Source: a virus (lineage: Duplodnaviria; Caudoviricetes). From it: a stretch of DNA of 64,000 bases. Position 1 is the stretch's first letter; every line of letters starts with the position of its first letter. This document shows, piece after piece, positions 61,765-64,000 of this stretch. A program made the position numbers and the translations under genes. The stretch is taken from positions 32,001 through 96,000 of IMG/VR virus record IMGVR_UViG_2830161386_000001; one strand, given 5' to 3'. The notes below the pieces were generated by a model that worked only from the letters and a program-made list of their open reading frames with translations, ran no database searches and had not been told where the DNA came from.

Positions 61765-62115
61765 CTAGCGCTCCGATTCGGCCTCGATTCGACTAAGAAA
61801 CCGATTCGTTCTTCGCGTTCGGTGCCGCACTGATCCTTCTTTCTCGTCTCCGGCCAGGTACCCGGCCCCGCCTGCGGCGGCAGCCCCGCCAGCGGCCATG
61901 CCCGGCGTGAGGTTCTCGTCTGCCTTTTCGTAGGCGCTGGAAAGCCGGTTTCGGGCCTGCTCGACCCCGCCCTCCGTTGATTCCCGGACTTTCTTCAAAA
62001 AGTCGCCCCCCATGTCTATGGCATCGTCAATTGCTTTCCCAATCTGCTTTCCGGCCGACGCGCTAAAGGCAGTTTTGACGTTTTGAAGTCGGCGCCGGGC
62101 CTTGGAGACAGCCAT
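61765..62115 (-). CDS. Hypothetical protein with Gly/Ala hydrophobic stretch
   Basis: 116 aa; GMAAGGAAAAGGAGYLAG. Confidence 0.65.
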   Translation of the reverse strand: MAVSKARRRLQNVKTAFSASAGKQIGKAIDDAIDMGGDFLKKVRESTEGGVEQARNRLSSAYEKADENLTPGMAAGGAAAAGGAGYLAGDEKEGSVRHRTRRTNRFLSRIEAESER

Positions 62116-62194
62116 ATCAATTTGGGGTCTCGTTTGAGAGGGGGGCGTCCCTCGAATGTCATCACTCGCTCAATTAAATGCCTACAGCTTTACA

Positions 62195-62926
62195 TCAACC
62201 GCCCGGCGCAAGTGAGATCTGAAACGACCGCTCTCCCTCCCCCCGGTCTACCGCCCGGCTCGCGCTTATCCGGTCGTTAATCGGGCGCTTGAGGTAAGAC
62301 TCGATGAGCGAAAGATCTTTTTCCTTCCGGTCGCGCTTCCGCTTCGCTTTTGCAAGGCGCTTCGCTGCGGTTTCGGCCGTTTGCCGCCCGGGGTTCCTAT
62401 ACTGCTTGACGATGCTTTTGCCCGGCAAAACGGCGCCAAGGGCTTTTGACCCGAGGTTGTATCCCGCCCGGCTCATTTGAGCCCGCGCCTCTGCTACTTC
62501 CTGGGCCGTATCGGCATTGAGGTCTTTCTCGACCGCGTTTCGGTGCATCTCAAACGACTCGCGGGCCGCGCCCGGAAGCGTAAACGGGCCCAGAAGCACG
62601 TCTTTACCCGCTTTCCCGGCCAGGGACGCGGCCTCGGACACCGACTCCGCGACCCCGGCTGGCGCCGCCTCCATGCCCCCGGACGTGGCGGCGTTATAAA
62701 GCGTCCCGGCCGCCCCGCCAAGCGCGTTCATCGCCCCGACCGACGCGGCGGCTTTTCCCGCCCGGATCAGGTGGTCGGGCACGACCCCCATTTCGTACTT
62801 CTGGTGGGGGTAGAGCTCCTCGTCCATCAGCCTCCGCTCCTCCCGCCCGACGTAGTTTCGGAGGTCGCGGACGCCCCAGTTGATCGGCGTCGTTTTTGGA
62901 ACGTGTGCGTTTAGCTCCTCGGGCAT
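62195..62926 (-). CDS. Hypothetical protein with Gly/Ala-rich segments (possible ejected/internal protein)
   Basis: 243 aa; TAATG stop/start overlap with the upstream gene. Confidence 0.6.
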   Translation of the reverse strand: MPEELNAHVPKTTPINWGVRDLRNYVGREERRLMDEELYPHQKYEMGVVPDHLIRAGKAAASVGAMNALGGAAGTLYNAATSGGMEAAPAGVAESVSEAASLAGKAGKDVLLGPFTLPGAARESFEMHRNAVEKDLNADTAQEVAEARAQMSRAGYNLGSKALGAVLPGKSIVKQYRNPGRQTAETAAKRLAKAKRKRDRKEKDLSLIESYLKRPINDRISASRAVDRGEGERSFQISLAPGG

Positions 62927-64000
62927 TACGTGTGGCGAAGTGCCGATTGAATTAGCGCGGCGTTCACGTCCGGCGCGTCGTGGCGGGTCGGCTCTTCAAG
63001 CACCCAATCGACCTGCTGGCTCGCGACTTTTTGAAGCCCGGCCATCGACTCCCCGATTCGCCGCATCCGGCGGCTGGCCTGTTTCCGGAGGGCCGACTCC
63101 TTCTGCATCGCGCTCTCGGCGGGGCCGTATACCTGCGTATTTCCGCCCGTGCCCCGAATAAACTGCGTGACCGGAAGGGTCATCATCCCTGCGTCTCGGG
63201 GGCGGCGCCGGTTGCTGCGCCGGGCCCGGCGGGCGGCCAGTTGCCGGCGGGGCCGCCGGCGGCGCACGTCCCGCCGGATGGTCTGCCGCTGGCGCCGGGG
63301 CACGCGGCCTTCGGTCCATTGGCCCTCCGCCAATACGTTGGCAATTGCCTCCAGGACCGAAGCCTGCTCGACTTCCTCTCGCGCCCGCCGGTTCCGATTC
63401 ATTCGTATTCGGCGCCGCTCCTCGGGACTGGCCATCGCGGCGGCGCGCCCAGGGGTAATTTCTTGCCGGTTTCGGACGTACGGGTTCGGCCCGAGGGCCC
63501 CGCTTTTCTCCAGGCGACGCGAAAGGTGAAGCGGGTGGTAGCTCCGCTTGTCCATAAGCCCCTCGTCACTGGCAATTTTCTCGTAGAGGCGGCCGTTGAC
63601 GTGCGGGGGGCCGACCTCCAGTCCGCCCTCCTTCTTGTTTTCCGGCGACAAGACCGACCCGGTTTTCCGAAGCCGCCGGGCCAGCTCCGGCGCCCCTGCT
63701 TTGGTAAGGGCCACGTGCTGAAGCTCAACCGGTCGGAGGGAAATGCCCGCCGCGGCGGCCGTCGACGCGACCGATTCCATCGGGTACCCGGCCACCGACT
63801 CCAGTGTCTCCGCCGGAATCAGGGTTTCGTTTTCCCGGAGCGCCTGAACCGCTTCTTTGATGCGCTCCTCGGTTTCCTCGGGCAGCTCCTCGACGTCGGC
63901 CTGGACCCGCTTTTTGATGTAAGAGGTTTTCCCCTCTTCGTTGTCGGGCGCTTCAGATGCGGGCGCTTCAGATGCGGATTTGCGCCAGCGAAGCGGCTTC
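62926..64000 (-). CDS. Partial gene entering from the right edge; probable C-terminal part of the prohead (capsid maturation) protease
   Basis: The frame is open from 64000 (…RKSASEAPASEAPDNEEGKTSYIKKRVQAD…TLIPAETLESVAGYPMESVASTAAAAGISLRPVELQ). I recall the ST…GI.L[RK]P.E.Q segment from protease C-terminal regions of related phages, and the position upstream of the scaffold and capsid genes fits. The catalytic part is not in the window. Confidence 0.45.
   Translation of the reverse strand, partial: KPLRWRKSASEAPASEAPDNEEGKTSYIKKRVQADVEELPEETEERIKEAVQALRENETLIPAETLESVAGYPMESVASTAAAAGISLRPVELQHVALTKAGAPELARRLRKTGSVLSPENKKEGGLEVGPPHVNGRLYEKIASDEGLMDKRSYHPLHLSRRLEKSGALGPNPYVRNRQEITPGRAAAMASPEERRRIRMNRNRRAREEVEQASVLEAIANVLAEGQWTEGRVPRRQRQTIRRDVRRRRPRRQLAARRARRSNRRRPRDAGMMTLPVTQFIRGTGGNTQVYGPAESAMQKESALRKQASRRMRRIGESMAGLQKVASQQVDWVLEEPTRHDAPDVNAALIQSALRHT

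Larger units (their letters stand above)
1..64000 (-). mobile_element. Structural (head-neck-tail-baseplate) gene region of a large myovirus-type bacteriophage, probably of a halophilic bacterium
   Basis: About 45 tightly packed co-directional minus-strand genes. These include recognisable capsid, sheath, tube, chaperone frameshift, gp25-like, baseplate J-like and muramidase genes. No host housekeeping genes; proteins are D/E-rich. Confidence 0.95.

Noticed and set aside
70-63728. Numerous plus-strand ORFs (e.g. 57674..59128, 9811..10950, 19799..20890, 14506..15585) and off-frame minus-strand ORFs
   Set aside because: They are antisense or alternate-frame shadows of long minus-strand genes in GC-rich DNA, with Arg/Pro/Gly- or Leu/Val-biased composition and no motifs.
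1-64000. tRNA/rRNA genes, introns, inteins, recoded stop codons, archaeal host
   Set aside because: Intergenic gaps are short with no cloverleaf seen, no intein or homing endonuclease motifs were noticed, and genes tile well under the standard code. The sigma factor and muramidase argue for a bacterial host.

Overview
The whole window is a single minus-strand block of the virion-morphogenesis region of a large, GC-rich, contractile-tailed (myovirus-type) bacteriophage. The proteome is strongly acidic. It encodes a sigma70-like factor and a lambda-R-type muramidase domain, and the 5' leaders lack Shine-Dalgarno sequences. Together these point to an extremely halophilic bacterial host, probably Salinibacter/Rhodothermota (inference). 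In transcription order (right to left) the genes are: the C-terminal part of a probable prohead protease; several acidic K-x-A-rich head/scaffold proteins; a capsid decoration protein; the major capsid protein with an apparent inserted domain; a ~3,800-aa repetitive fibre/adhesin; a ~15-kb hypervariable fibre/lectin locus; neck proteins; DUF1353; sheath; tube; tail assembly chaperones with a -1 slippery site; a lower-GC two-gene insert; two large PKD/Ig-rich proteins; tail completion and baseplate genes (hub with lysozyme, gp25-like, J-like); a sigma factor; and a holin-like gene that runs into a cupin frame. No terminase, portal, obvious tape measure, tRNA, rRNA or CRISPR array is visible. 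The most striking unexplained signal is a 16-bp palindrome, AGTCCCAGCTGGGACT, present 10 times (5 perfect copies). Seven copies sit 18-53 nt upstream of likely start codons and two lie inside coding sequence. Other notable signals are fibre genes built of alternating high-GC scaffold and low-GC cassettes with sharp motif-aligned junctions, and a candidate CGA-AAG -1 frameshift. All family assignments come from motif recognition and synteny, not from database searches.
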